A DNA stretch of 64,000 nt. Origin: Macrostomum lignano (taxonomy: Eukaryota). Made by a program: the position numbers and the translations under genes. A model generated the notes under the pieces. The model was not told the DNA's origin. It ran no database searches and saw only the letters and a list, made by a program, of their open reading frames with translations. Positions 42,982 through 53,842 of the stretch are shown here, piece after piece; position 1 is the first letter of the stretch, and every line of letters begins with the position of its first letter. The DNA is taken from contig NIVC01001280.1 in assembly GCA_002269645.1 (NCBI GenBank), positions 124,001 through 188,000 of the forward strand, read 5' to 3'.

Positions 42982-43633
42982 TTCTGAAAAGTTAAAAAAA
43001 TGATTGTTTTGAGGGTATGATAAAATTTTATACTAAAATTATTTAAGTAAATGATTTTCCAAGAGTACTAAGATTCTCTTAGCTAGATTTTTATTAAGAT
43101 TATCTTACCAATATTCGTTCTAATAAAAGCTCAACAGCTTATTTTTTACACCTTATTCCAATTTTAGATAGCTAAATAGAACAAAAAAGGTTTTTGTTTA
43201 AAACATTAAATATTTGTTAAACTATATGTCTGCTTTTTATAATACCCAAGTGATAAAGGAAAAATATTGCAAGCTAAACAGCATAGTTGAATTCAATGAA
43301 TTAAATTTCAGCTTGTTTTGGCATTTTGGAGATCTCACTTTTTCACATCAGGCTCAAATAATGTGTATTAACAATCAATTTCATGTAATCATGTTTAATA
43401 TGAGTTTATTATCGTACAAACGAGGTCCTACTTTACGGCATGGATACGATGTCATTACGTCATACTTTTTCATTTTAATTTTTAAAAAATCTATGTTTTT
43501 TAATACATTCGACACCACGGGGATGGTTTATATAAACAAATTGTTGGAAAAACCAGAATATAGTCAAATCGAGGTATACTGCTTGATTCGATGTCGTTTC
43601 GAGGTCGTGTGAACCAGTGGGTAATGGCTATGA

Positions 43634-44423
43634 CCCTTAAAAGGGCCGTTTTGACGAGAGTTGCAGTAAGTCGTAGTTCCAAAATAAATCGAAGTCAACT
43701 CTTGCAAAGCGGATTGTGTAGCGGAGCACTTGGCGATAAAGGCAGGAAACTGCCGTAGTTGTTTTTATTGTTGAGATCAATATTAGAATTGGTTATTACT
43801 GTCAATACGCAAACTATAGCTTTCTGGGCACTGGCGGCTGCAACAATGGTTTTGAAGATAATTAGGATATGAAGTCAAGTGGCAGACGAATGATGCGATG
43901 GCAACGCAACGTGATGAGCAATGGCGATGAGCACGGTGAAGGCAGTGAGTAGCAGTAGGCAGGCAGATGAGCAGTGGCGAGATTGGCGTTAGCCGTGGCG
44001 GAACACAGTGATGTAACCGTGTGAACAGGCGGGCCCAGACAGAGGGGCCGTGGCGAGAGATAAGGAGGCTCGAGGCAGCCAGACAAGACAGGACAGAGAA
44101 GGCAAGAGGAGAACGCGAGGAAAACAAGGCTAGACAAGAAGCCAAGAAGTGAGGAGGCCCCCAGCCCGCCAGGCAGGGGTTAATAAAGGAGCGCGGAAGG
44201 TTTAGCACGAAGCATGAGTGGTTTTCATTGGCTGGCTAAAGAACATAAAATTATCGATCGTGCAAGTTTTCTACGGTCGCATGAAAGGATAGCAAAGTAC
44301 GCAGTGAATTAGCGATAGGTACAGATTCATTGGGCACTCCTACAAGTAAACGTTAGAATAAACGATTGGAGAAATAAAATGAGAAATTGCAGAGGGACTG
44401 CAGTCCAACGGCCCTTTTAAGGG
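43634..44423. mobile_element. Putative 790-bp MITE with a 17-bp perfect TIR
   Basis: CCCTTAAAAGGGCCGTT (43634-43650) and AACGGCCCTTTTAAGGG (44407-44423); no TSD identified. Confidence 0.55.
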
Positions 44424-45189
44424 ACCACTCTAAACTGGCAACGTCACAAAGATATCTAGAAATAGAGTAGACAGTGCCATAAGACTGTTCAGGCTATTAT
44501 ATAACAGATACACTACCAGTAGGGGTCACAAAATCCCATATTCTGTCAGTGTCAATCGACTCAATCCCAGGATCCTAGGATTGTCCCAGGAAAGATATTT
44601 TCCTGAACCATTCTTGTCATAACATTATAATGTTATAACAATGCTGCGAATGACATTTTTCTAATGCATACAGTTATGGTAGGAGCTAAAGGGGTAATGC
44701 TAGATTGCTAGTCTGGTAAGGTAATATAATACATAGGCCTAACATATTAATTATTGATATCTACTTGTAATACAAATATTGTAGCCCTAATAGATGCATA
44801 TATATTATGTACAACGAATATTAGATTATCTAATATACTGTCATGATTGATTACTATGCAAAGCCATATGAATGTACATTCACAATCACAATCTATCTAC
44901 TACTGCCTGGACCTGGACAGTGGGCATTGGGCATTTGCACTAACTTGAGTTCAAAATTAAAAATCAACGTTAAATTATTTAAACTATTCAAGACTCAACT
45001 CAAACAACATTGAAGATTTTACAAAGTGGGCAACGGAGAGTGGACATGGATGCATATACATGTATGTTCTATATTTTAACTAACTGCCATAAAGACTTAA
45101 TGTCTTGCTAATTGCTATTATATCAAACATGATAAAAGTAGCATTAACTTTTCAGCACGAAGGCGCATTAAGCATGCCAGTGAAGTATA

Positions 45190-48100
45190 TATGAGACAGA
45201 CTAGGCCATTTGGGCTAAGGTCTGCGATGCTTCACGCCTGCCCCTATCTTCAGCAGGTCAAGGCTGGTGGGAGGTCTGCACCCTCTTGCCTCTGGCAGCC
45301 GCAGACCCCCCCCCCACGCTGTCTCGCAAGTCGACCCAGGGGTACACGTCCCCTCGCGTGTTCAAGGCAGACCCTAGGGCTGCTGGACAGACTGGGCTCC
45401 GGCGCTGGGGACCCATCCAGTGGCTTCGGCCGAATTTGGGTATGCGGGTATGGCTCGCCAGCCTGCAGGCCGTGGTACTGCTTAACGTACCTTCTATGCC
45501 TATATAAGGTGTTTTGACCGTGCCGATGGGCTGGAAGGCCGGGGAGTAAGTAGTCCGGTCGCTAGCGGTCCCCTTTTTCAAACCGGTTGGCTTGGGGTGT
45601 CGGCCAGTCGGGTACTCAACTCGCGTAACGAGTAGCCCTCCCCCACTTTTCAGCTATGGCCACTAACGCCACCACCACCAACGAGCGAGTGGCGAAGGCC
45701 ATCCGCCATCAGATTTGGGTTCCGGCCGACAGTGCGATCAAGTCCGGGGAGCAGCTGCGGCAGCTCCTGCTCAAGCGGCACTCGGATCTCGACGCCAGTG
45801 GTCTTGTGTACCACAACACACGGTCCGCAAGGGCACGACCGGAGCCACAGTCATCCTCGGCCTGACGGAGGGATGGGCCAAGCGGCTACCGCACGGCTCA
45901 AACCTCCACCTTGGTCTCCACCAACTGACCATCCTCCGCTGTGAGGAGGGCAAGGTGGAGGCCAAGAACGACGGAAAGCGCGCCGCACCCGGAGCATGGG
46001 TCCCAGGCTCCGCCGGCCAAGCGGCAGCAGCAACCCGATCCCGAGCCTAATAAGGCAATTCGCGCTGCTGAGTCTGCCTCGTGCGGACATAAACCCGCCC
46101 GCAGTAACCGGCGGTCCGGGCTAATCCAGCGCGCACTTGACGAAGCTCAGTCTATGAGAGTTCACCTCGAGCGGACTCGTACCGCTCGTAAAAACACACA
46201 AAGCCAGCCGAAGGAGCTGGACGACGGCACGGCTCAGCCATCCAACTGGTGGGATTGCTACCAGGAGGATGCTGCCGGCCGAGCCCGGACTCCCGACGGC
46301 GGGGCGCAAGGCGAAGGCAACAGCCGTACCCCAGTCGCTGGGGAGGGGGACAGTGCTGCGCGGCTAGATACTCACGTGACTCATCGGCGCCGTGTCCGCC
46401 TCCGCGGCGGCTGGGGAGGCGGCTGAGCCTGAGCCAAAGGAAATTGGCGACTCAACGTTCACCGATGAGGCTGAGAATGAGTTGCTTTTCTCCTCCCCTG
46501 GACAGTAGACATGACTGTCTCCCAGGGCATTCACTGCTTGCAGGTCAACCTGCAGCATAGCATTGCTGCTTCAGTCAACCTCTTGAAGCACACTGACCAA
46601 TACGCACCAGGGATTATCCTTATCCAGGAACCGTGGACGCTTAGGGGCAGCCCACAATATGTCCCCACCGGCTACCAGTGTCTAACCGCTGGCATCCGGG
46701 AGGGAAACCTGGCACCAAGATCTTGCATCATGGTGTCCAGTTCTATTAACGCATGGCTCAGATCGGACCTGTCCACCAGGGACATCTGTGTCATCCAATC
46801 TGAAGACATACTCCCTGGGAGGACTGCCCTCATCGCCTCGGTTTACCTACCGGGCGACGGCGAGATGATCCCAGGAGAGCTTGTCACATTGGTCGAGCTT
46901 TGCTCCACCAGGAATTATGAGCTGCTTAAGGCAGGTGATATCAACGCCCACCACACCCACTGGGGCAGTTCTGATATTAACCAGAGAGGTGAAGACTTCC
47001 TGGCTTATATCACTACTACAACCCTTGAGTTCTGTAACTCGGTAGTACCCCTACCTTCAATAACGGACGCCGATCGGAGGTGCTGGATGCCACCCTCGCC
47101 ACGCCCAGGCTCTTCCAGAGCACTAGGGAGTGGCGGGTGCTTCCTGAGGCGTCCCTCTCCGATCACAAGTTCATCTCTTTCACGCTGGCCAGCGCCCGAA
47201 ACGCAGGCCAGCTTTACTGGAAACGGAATGCTAGGAATACCGATTGGACCACCTTCAGGCTTGCCCTGGAGGAGCCCTATCGCTGCACTAGCACTCCAGT
47301 CTCCATCAACCCCTGCGAGGAAGCAGATGAATTTGCGGCTGTACTCACGGACTCGCTCACTGCTGACTGCGAAGCCTCATGCCCACTAAAGGCATACAAA
47401 GGCAAACAGTCGGCCCCATGGTGGAACCCGCAGCTTGGCGACCTCCGTCGCAGAGCTAAAAGGCTTCACCGTAGGGCCCAAAAAACTAAAAATCCGGCCG
47501 ACCAAACCGCCTACCTGAACTCAATCCACGAGTTCAAGAGGCAGGTTAGGAACGCCAAAACCAATAAGTGGCGCGAGTACTGTGAGGAACTTGAGGGCTC
47601 CCGCCCCACCTCCAGAATCGTAAAAGCCCTCACTCTGGACGAAATGTCCAAACTCTCCTCAGTAAAGAGAGCCGACGGCTCGCTCAATGAGAACCCAGGA
47701 GAAACGCTGGAAGCGATGCTAACAGCGTTTTTCCCGAACGAGCCAGCCAGGCCCGACCCCCTGATCATTCAGTGGGCGGACACATACTGGCTGACTCAAT
47801 CATCACGGAGGACCGCGTTACTAAAGCAGTCTCCTCGTTCAAACCCTTCAAATCCCCAGAACCGGACGGCGTTGTGCCAGCCTTCCTGCGAGAGGCGGTG
47901 AAATGCACCGGTTTCCTGTGGAACCTTTGCCGGCTCCTGAAAGCTTGCATTGTACTCGGCTTTGTTCCGAAACCCTGGACCGAGGCTAAGGTGGTTTTTA
48001 TCCCCAAGCCCGGCCGACCGGACAACCGGTCCATTAAATCCTTCAGACCAATCAGCCTCACCTCCTCACTGGTGAAGCTGTTGGAGAGACTGGTGTTTTG

Positions 48101-48490
48101 GCGCCTCCTTTCTGTAGAAATGAAGAATAAGCCGCTCAGTGAGAACCAGCACGCCTTTAGGGCAGGCAGGTCCACGGAGAGCGCGCTTCACGTCTTGGGC
48201 GACATGCTGGAGAAAGCCGTTCTTGGTAATGGCTACGCTCTCGCCGTCTTCCTCGACATTGTTGGAGCCTTCGATAATGTCCTCTTTGAGGCTTTTGACA
48301 GAGCTTTAAGTGCTAGAGAAACCCACTCGTACCTCACCCCGTGGATCATATGATCAGCCACCGTACTGCCACCGCACACCTGCTGGGCCACCAACGGACG
48401 GTAACCGTCTGCAAAGGCAGCCCCCAGGGCGGTGTTCTCTCTCCAGTTCTCTGGAACATGGTCATCGATGAGCTCCTTCTGCGCAATGCC
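45190..48490 (+). mobile_element. Second LOA-like LINE: degenerate ORF1, APE and half of the RT; 3' end missing
   Basis: ORF1 relic 45656-46508; QVNLQH/LIQEPW/GDINAHH/SDH; FRPISLTS; AVFLDIVGAFDN; SPQGGVLSPVLW. Several frameshifts; homology stops before YADD. The 5' boundary is approximate. Confidence 0.88.
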
Positions 48491-48619
48491 ATTAAGGCCC
48501 GCATAGGCTAGGGCGCGGGGCCGGTCAGGGAGGTCTGCCGGTCCTGTCTGCAGCGTCGTCTTCGGTGGGGAAGACGGAGGCTCTGCAAAGTTTACAAAGT
48601 GCACGCCCTGTCTCTACAT

Positions 48620-48850
48620 ACAAGTACTTGGAAAGTATCTAAAGCAGCGCGCTACTTGGCTGACTTTCCAAGTTTGCAAAATACACATCCTACGTCTACA
48701 TATATGTCTACAACTTTTTCAAGTTACTTTGAAAGTACTTGAGAAGGGACTTGAGAAAACATCGCATACTTGTTGGAAAGTACTTGAGAAGTGACTCAAG
48801 AAACATCGCATACACTTATCGAATGTACTTGGAAAACTTGGAAAGTTCAT
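48620..48850. repeat. Imperfect tandem repeats with an AAGTACTTG core (about 45-48 bp higher-order unit)
   Basis: GAAAGTACTTGAGAAG(G/T)GACT..GAAAACATCGCATAC occurs twice, with further partial copies. Confidence 0.7.
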
Positions 48851-49096
48851 AGGCCGTACTTGCCACGAGGTTGCATTGTTGACTTACTAAGTACTTAGCA
48901 AGTTAGGTTTGTTTTTTTCTCTGGCAGTTTGTCTATGGCGATTTGTGATTACATGTATAGGTGAAAAATTATGGATTTAATAGCTATTTTTAGCAGTTAT
49001 AGCATAAACGACAAAAATTTGTTCCACTCGAAGTAGTATACTGTAGTTAGTATAGTAAGCATATGTAGTACATGTACTCGTAGTTAGTAAATGATA

Positions 49097-49383
49097 CTCA
49101 ACAACTTTAAAAAGTCGCCACCCTTTGCCCCAGTGGGCAGTGTCTTTCGACCAGCGTCTATCACCTGGCCAACCATTTTGATATAAAAAAATGCTTGAAA
49201 AAACAAATGAAAACCGGGCGGAGCTTCAATTCATCTAATCTTCGCCCTCCACTCTTCCCAATCCCTACTCCCTCACCCAGCCCAATTCTGCGCCGAGTGG
49301 CGCAAGTTGAGTCACTCAAAAGTCAACACTGAGCTAGAACTACTGCGCACTCTCAAAGGTGGCGACTTTTTAATGTTGTTGAG
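49097..49383. mobile_element. Tc1/mariner-type MITE, 287 bp, TA TSD
   Basis: About 30-bp TIR CTCAACAAC(T/A)TTAAAAAGTCGCCACC(C)TTTG; TA on both sides. Confidence 0.85.
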
Positions 49384-49765
49384 TATAGTTATACTACGTG
49401 GTACAATTGTTACACATTGACAGTTGACATCATGTTTATTGTTCCTATTCTTTGTGGGTGAAAATACACTGTAGTGGCTTTTGAGCAGTACTCGTATGAT
49501 TGTTACTATGGTTTACCATACTAACAACGCTTCAGTCAAAGATTGATTGTTTAACGATGATTGAAAATATTCACTCGATAGTCTATGGTACAGTTGGAAT
49601 CGCTCCATAGCGCTTCCTATGGCAGTGTCGATGTCGTTGTCGATGTCTATGGCCAAAACCTGCGCAGTCTAGGACGTTTCTGATTCGCTGAGACATCGTT
49701 AAACAACGCTTCAGCATTAAACAATGCTTCTAGTCGAGTATGCTAAACGATAGTGACAATAAGTC

Positions 49766-49863
49766 TATACATACGGTACTATCGTTAAACAATAAGCAAA
49801 GATCACTCGTGGCTACGCCACTCGTGATTTTGCTTATTGTTTACCTCTAGTACCGTATGTATA
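49766..49863. repeat. 98-bp near-perfect foldback (palindromic mini-MITE or hairpin)
   Basis: TATACATACGGTACTA/TAGTACCGTATGTATA and TAAACAATAAGCAAA/TTTGCTTATTGTTTA arms closing on GTGGC-TAC-GCCAC. Confidence 0.9.
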
Positions 49864-50324
49864 ATCTCCCATTGGTAATCGGCCCCCTGATTTCATCTTG
49901 TTGACCCGCTGTCTTTTTTAATACGGGGCAGGTTAGACCATAGAAAAATATTTCAGGATTTCTGGTGATTGCAATTACGCTCGTACGAGATGTTTCGGGC
50001 CCAACAAAATACGAGCGTATAATTAACTAATTGATCCTCTCGTTAATGGACGTGGCCAATGTTCGACAAAATATGCACGGCATGGGCTTACGGGAAGAAG
50101 TGGAATGGTTCAGCTCTTCAAAGCTGCCACTCAAGCGAGGTAATGCGTACGCTCGTATTTATTTACATGTACATTGCATAGAATGTGTTGGCCAACCATT
50201 GGCCAATTTATAGCGGCAATTTATGGCGTAGGTAATCTCGTAGTAATATGTATATAATGTACACGTTAAATGCATGAAAATTAAATCTTACATACATGAC
50301 ATATGCATTGGCCCAGACCACTCG

Positions 50325-50967
50325 ATGGATGACATTCCAGTGAAAACAGCCGCTGCGCAGTCTGCCCAGAAAGAGCTAGAAGACTACAGTGTGATTCCTA
50401 GCTTTCGCGAAGTGCTGGAGTCTAACAGCCTTTCAAACGTGGACCCGAGTGAAGTTTGTAGCAGTCTTGGCCAGCCGCTCCCGATGCGGGACATGCTGAA
50501 AATGCTGCAGCGCAAGCGGTGGCTGCAGGCTGAGGCATTCCAGCCCCTGCCCCGGCTGCGCATGAGGCCTGAGCTCCCTTCGGCGCGCGACCAGGTCCAC
50601 ACACTGTTCTACAACTATGCTCTGCTAGTATTCCTGTCTGGAATAGGAATCTATATGCTTAGCATGTAAGCCAGCTTTCTTGTTCACCCAGTAGTGCAGA
50701 TATCCCAAATATACATTGACGTCGCTTACTTTTTATCTGGACATCAACGCACCCCGATTCAGATACGTGCGATTGGAGCACAGCGACAGACTGAACTCAC
50801 ACAATAGTGAGAAGCACGCAGCACCAATCTACTTCACCATCGGTCTCCTGACGGTTCTGGCGGCTGGTCGCTTCCTGTTGGCGTTTTTCTACAACTACAC
50901 GCCATACGGACTGGATATGGGACACCTGCTCACGCTCCGTGCTATCCCCGATGATAACTTTGGCTAG
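50325..50967 (+). CDS. Small multi-pass membrane protein (about 202 aa), weak TMEM128 resemblance; exons 50325-50665 and 50700-50967
   Basis: GTAAG donor and GCAG acceptor join two ORFs in phase 2; hydrophobic segments YALLVFLSGIGIYMLSI and PIYFTIGLLTVLAAGRFLLAFF; PLPRL motif. Confidence 0.6.
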
Positions 50968-52395
50968 TGCATATAGTGGGCAAATTGAACCGTGGCTAGC
51001 AACCTGCAGTGATTGCCAAACAGGTCCGTTGTTTGATTCTATGCGTTGGCACAAGTCAAAGCTAAAATAAAAAGTTCTGGAATTTCATTACAGTAAGAGT
51101 TCGTGTACTAGAAAGTGCATTCATTTTATTTTTTATCATCTGTTCTTTAACGTTTGTTTGTGTGGTGCACCCTTCGAAATCAGTAGACTCCTAATCTATT
51201 TCATTAGGTTTAATAGTGCCAATAGTACCCTAAATAAAAAAGATCAAAGCCGATGAAATGACAGACCAAGAGAATTTACAACAGTTTTTGTTAAATGACA
51301 GCGGGAACACTGAAATTGCTATTTAATTGCTTAACAACATTTTGCAACACTCGATAAGCTTGCAGAGCAAGAATGTTATAGATACCGTCTAAAATGGGTA
51401 GCGTTGCTTATTTCAACAAGAGCAGCATCCGGTGAGGCACCGGACACGAAGAAAACGATACACGCAAGACAGGGTCTTAGAGAGAACTTGAATACACTAC
51501 ATGCTTCGGGTGTGAAGACATGCCAGGTGAGTATTGTACGAGCGTAGTAGCCAAAAGCGAATGTGCAAGACACAAGAATTGGGAGATATCAAACCCCTAT
51601 CTGATAGCCATGACGAGGCGGTTCTACGCTTGTATTTAATTCGAATTCGTCACCAAGAGCGGTTCTCGCCACATAAAGCAGACGAGAGTCCGGATGCTAC
51701 TGCTAAGGAATTTGCACAGGGAAAACATTTTGCTTGCAAAGCTATGATGCAGAGCAAATGCGAACTGCACTCGTAACTGCACTAAAGATTTTCTATCAAC
51801 TTGAGTAACAATCATTAGAATTCTTCACAAAAAAAACTCATTTCTACCTTCGAATTATTAGCATCTGGCTCCTAAAGTCATGCCTAAGTAGCTACGTTGA
51901 CTACTACGAGTAAGAGTCGTGGGGAAATTATTTTAGATAACTTTTCAAAGATTCTGTTAAAGTGCCTTTCTTCTTTCTCAGTGTGCAAATGAGACAGAAA
52001 GGTAGCTTCTCAACCCGTGCCTTTAATTCATAACCCCATGCGATGTTGTTGATGTTTTTGCGATGCGAAGCACTGCTGCGATGAGTTCCTAGTTCATGTG
52101 ACTAATTGGACTTTGGAGATACCCAAGACTACATGTAAGGGGACTATAAAAATTACAAAAATATTGTTGCCACGAAGCACTACGAATAAAGCTAAATAGT
52201 TAACAGAAATAAAATTAATAAACACTGAAGGTTACACGTCCAAATTAAACTGCTTATAAAGAGTTAGAGAAACAAAAAGAAACGAGAATGACGCCACAAC
52301 ATACGAGAGTTCGCACACAACGTTATAACTTGAGTCAGCGGATTTTGTCAAGGGTCCATGTAGCATGTAACAAGCTCCCAGTTAGGCAGCCCGAG

Positions 52396-52737
52396 TCACC
52401 AGTAGTTCGCATAACCCCCACCGCCAGCGTAGCTACCGTTGGCATCGCCACCTGCGCTTGCCGATGATCCACCAGCAGCACCACGCCCGCCGCCGCCACC
52501 GTAGCCGCCACGGCCGGCCGCGCCACGCGGCTGCTGCTGAGTGCCAGAGTCCATGCTCATGTTAGACACCTGAGCGAGGGCCGCAGCCAGAATTTGCGGA
52601 TTAGTTGCCAGCGTGTTGACCATCTCTTGGTACTGCCCAGCCGGCTGAGGTGGTGGCGGGCCAGACATTGGTTGCCAACCACGCGGCGGTCCCATTTGAG
52701 CTGGGTAGCCTTGCTTGAAAGGCCCGCCGCCCATCAT
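52396..52737 (-). CDS. TARDBP: TDP-43 exon 2 (Gly/Gln/Pro-rich low-complexity C-terminus)
   Basis: TACTGAC branch point, CTCAG acceptor, phase 0; ends GGGGYANYW-stop. Confidence 0.88.
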   Translation of the reverse strand: MMGGGPFKQGYPAQMGPPRGWQPMSGPPPPQPAGQYQEMVNTLATNPQILAAALAQVSNMSMDSGTQQQPRGAAGRGGYGGGGGRGAAGGSSASAGGDANGSYAGGGGYANYW

Positions 52738-53011
52738 CTGAGTCAAATGAAGTGTTGGGAAGTGTTGTCAGTAAGAGTTCGAAATCAAGCAAGTAGTTAA
52801 GCTGTGTAACCAAAACAATTGTGAAGTTAATTTTCCCAGAGATACGAGCACATCAGCAAAGTCAAGAAAGCTTGGACATAGTTTTTTTATAACCTACAAA
52901 AGCTTAAGTTTTTGAAATGTCATAAAATAAAAGCAAATAAAACAAATGTTTCAACAATAGTCAAACACATTTGACTTGGAACAAGGTAATTCACATATGG
53001 ATGAAACTCAC

Positions 53012-53842
53012 CTGTGCAGAACTTTGCTTTGGATTGGCGTGTCCAACGTGAACAGAGACGCCATTAACAACGAAGTCCTCGCCAACCAACTGCGACACCA
53101 CACTGGAATCCCCGAAAGTGACGAATGCAAAAGAGCGAAATGGTTTGGGGATGTAGACCTCTTCCACTGGGCCATACTGGCCAAAGAACTCCTTGAGCAC
53201 AGGTGCAGTCAGCTCCTCCGTGATACGGCCAACAAAGACGCGGCGGGGCACGTTGGCGGGACCGGGCGCCTCGCCTTGGCTAATTGGGACCTTCACCTCG
53301 CACCAGCGGCCTTCGATCTGGTGCCTGGGACAGGACAGACACTCCATCTGACTCTCGTACTCAGCAAAGCGAATAAATCCGTAGCCCTTGCTGCTTCCTT
53401 TCTGGTCCCGCTTGACTTGCGTCATAACGAGCTCGCCAAACTTGCCAAAGTATTCTCGCAGGTCCTCCTCGGTGATCTTGTAAGGCAGGCCTAGTACGAT
53501 GAGGTCCGTGCACTTCTTCCTATCAGCTTTCTTTGGCTTGGAGCTCAAATTGTCCATCTCATCATGCTCCACCTTGCGCTTGTTGTCTTTCGGAAAGGTG
53601 CACACGTAGACAACATTGCCTGTGTGGGTCCAGGAGATCAGTTCGGGAGGCCTGTGCAGGCAGCCGTCGGCCAGGCGGACGGCCCGCAGAGCTCCTGTAT
53701 CGGGGTTTCGGTAGCGCAGGCCCGACACGCCCGGAAACTGGGCCGTCAGGGTGGTCAGCAGCAGACTGCCGTCCAGCTCAGTTGGCACCTCAATCGGGTC
53801 ATCGCCCTCTTCCTCGGCAACAGGCACATACTCAACAGACAT
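53012..53842 (-). CDS. TARDBP: TDP-43 exon 1 (N-terminal domain, NLS region, RRM1, RRM2)
   Basis: MSVEYVPVAEEEGDDPIEVPTELDGSLLLTTLTAQFPGVSGLRYRNP; CTDLIVLGLPY..SKGYGFIRF; RRVFVGR..VYIPKPFRSFAFVTF; GTGAGT donor. Confidence 0.97.

Larger units (their letters stand above)
37410..43621 (-). mobile_element. Complete EnSpm/CACTA-like (CMC superfamily) DNA transposon, 6.2 kb, two genes
   Basis: Termini CCCACTGGT...ACCAGTGGG with imperfect TIRs of about 30 bp; clustered CGACCTCG subterminal repeats at both ends; encloses a transposase and an accessory gene. Flanking dinucleotides (TT/TA) are not a clean TSD. Confidence 0.85.
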
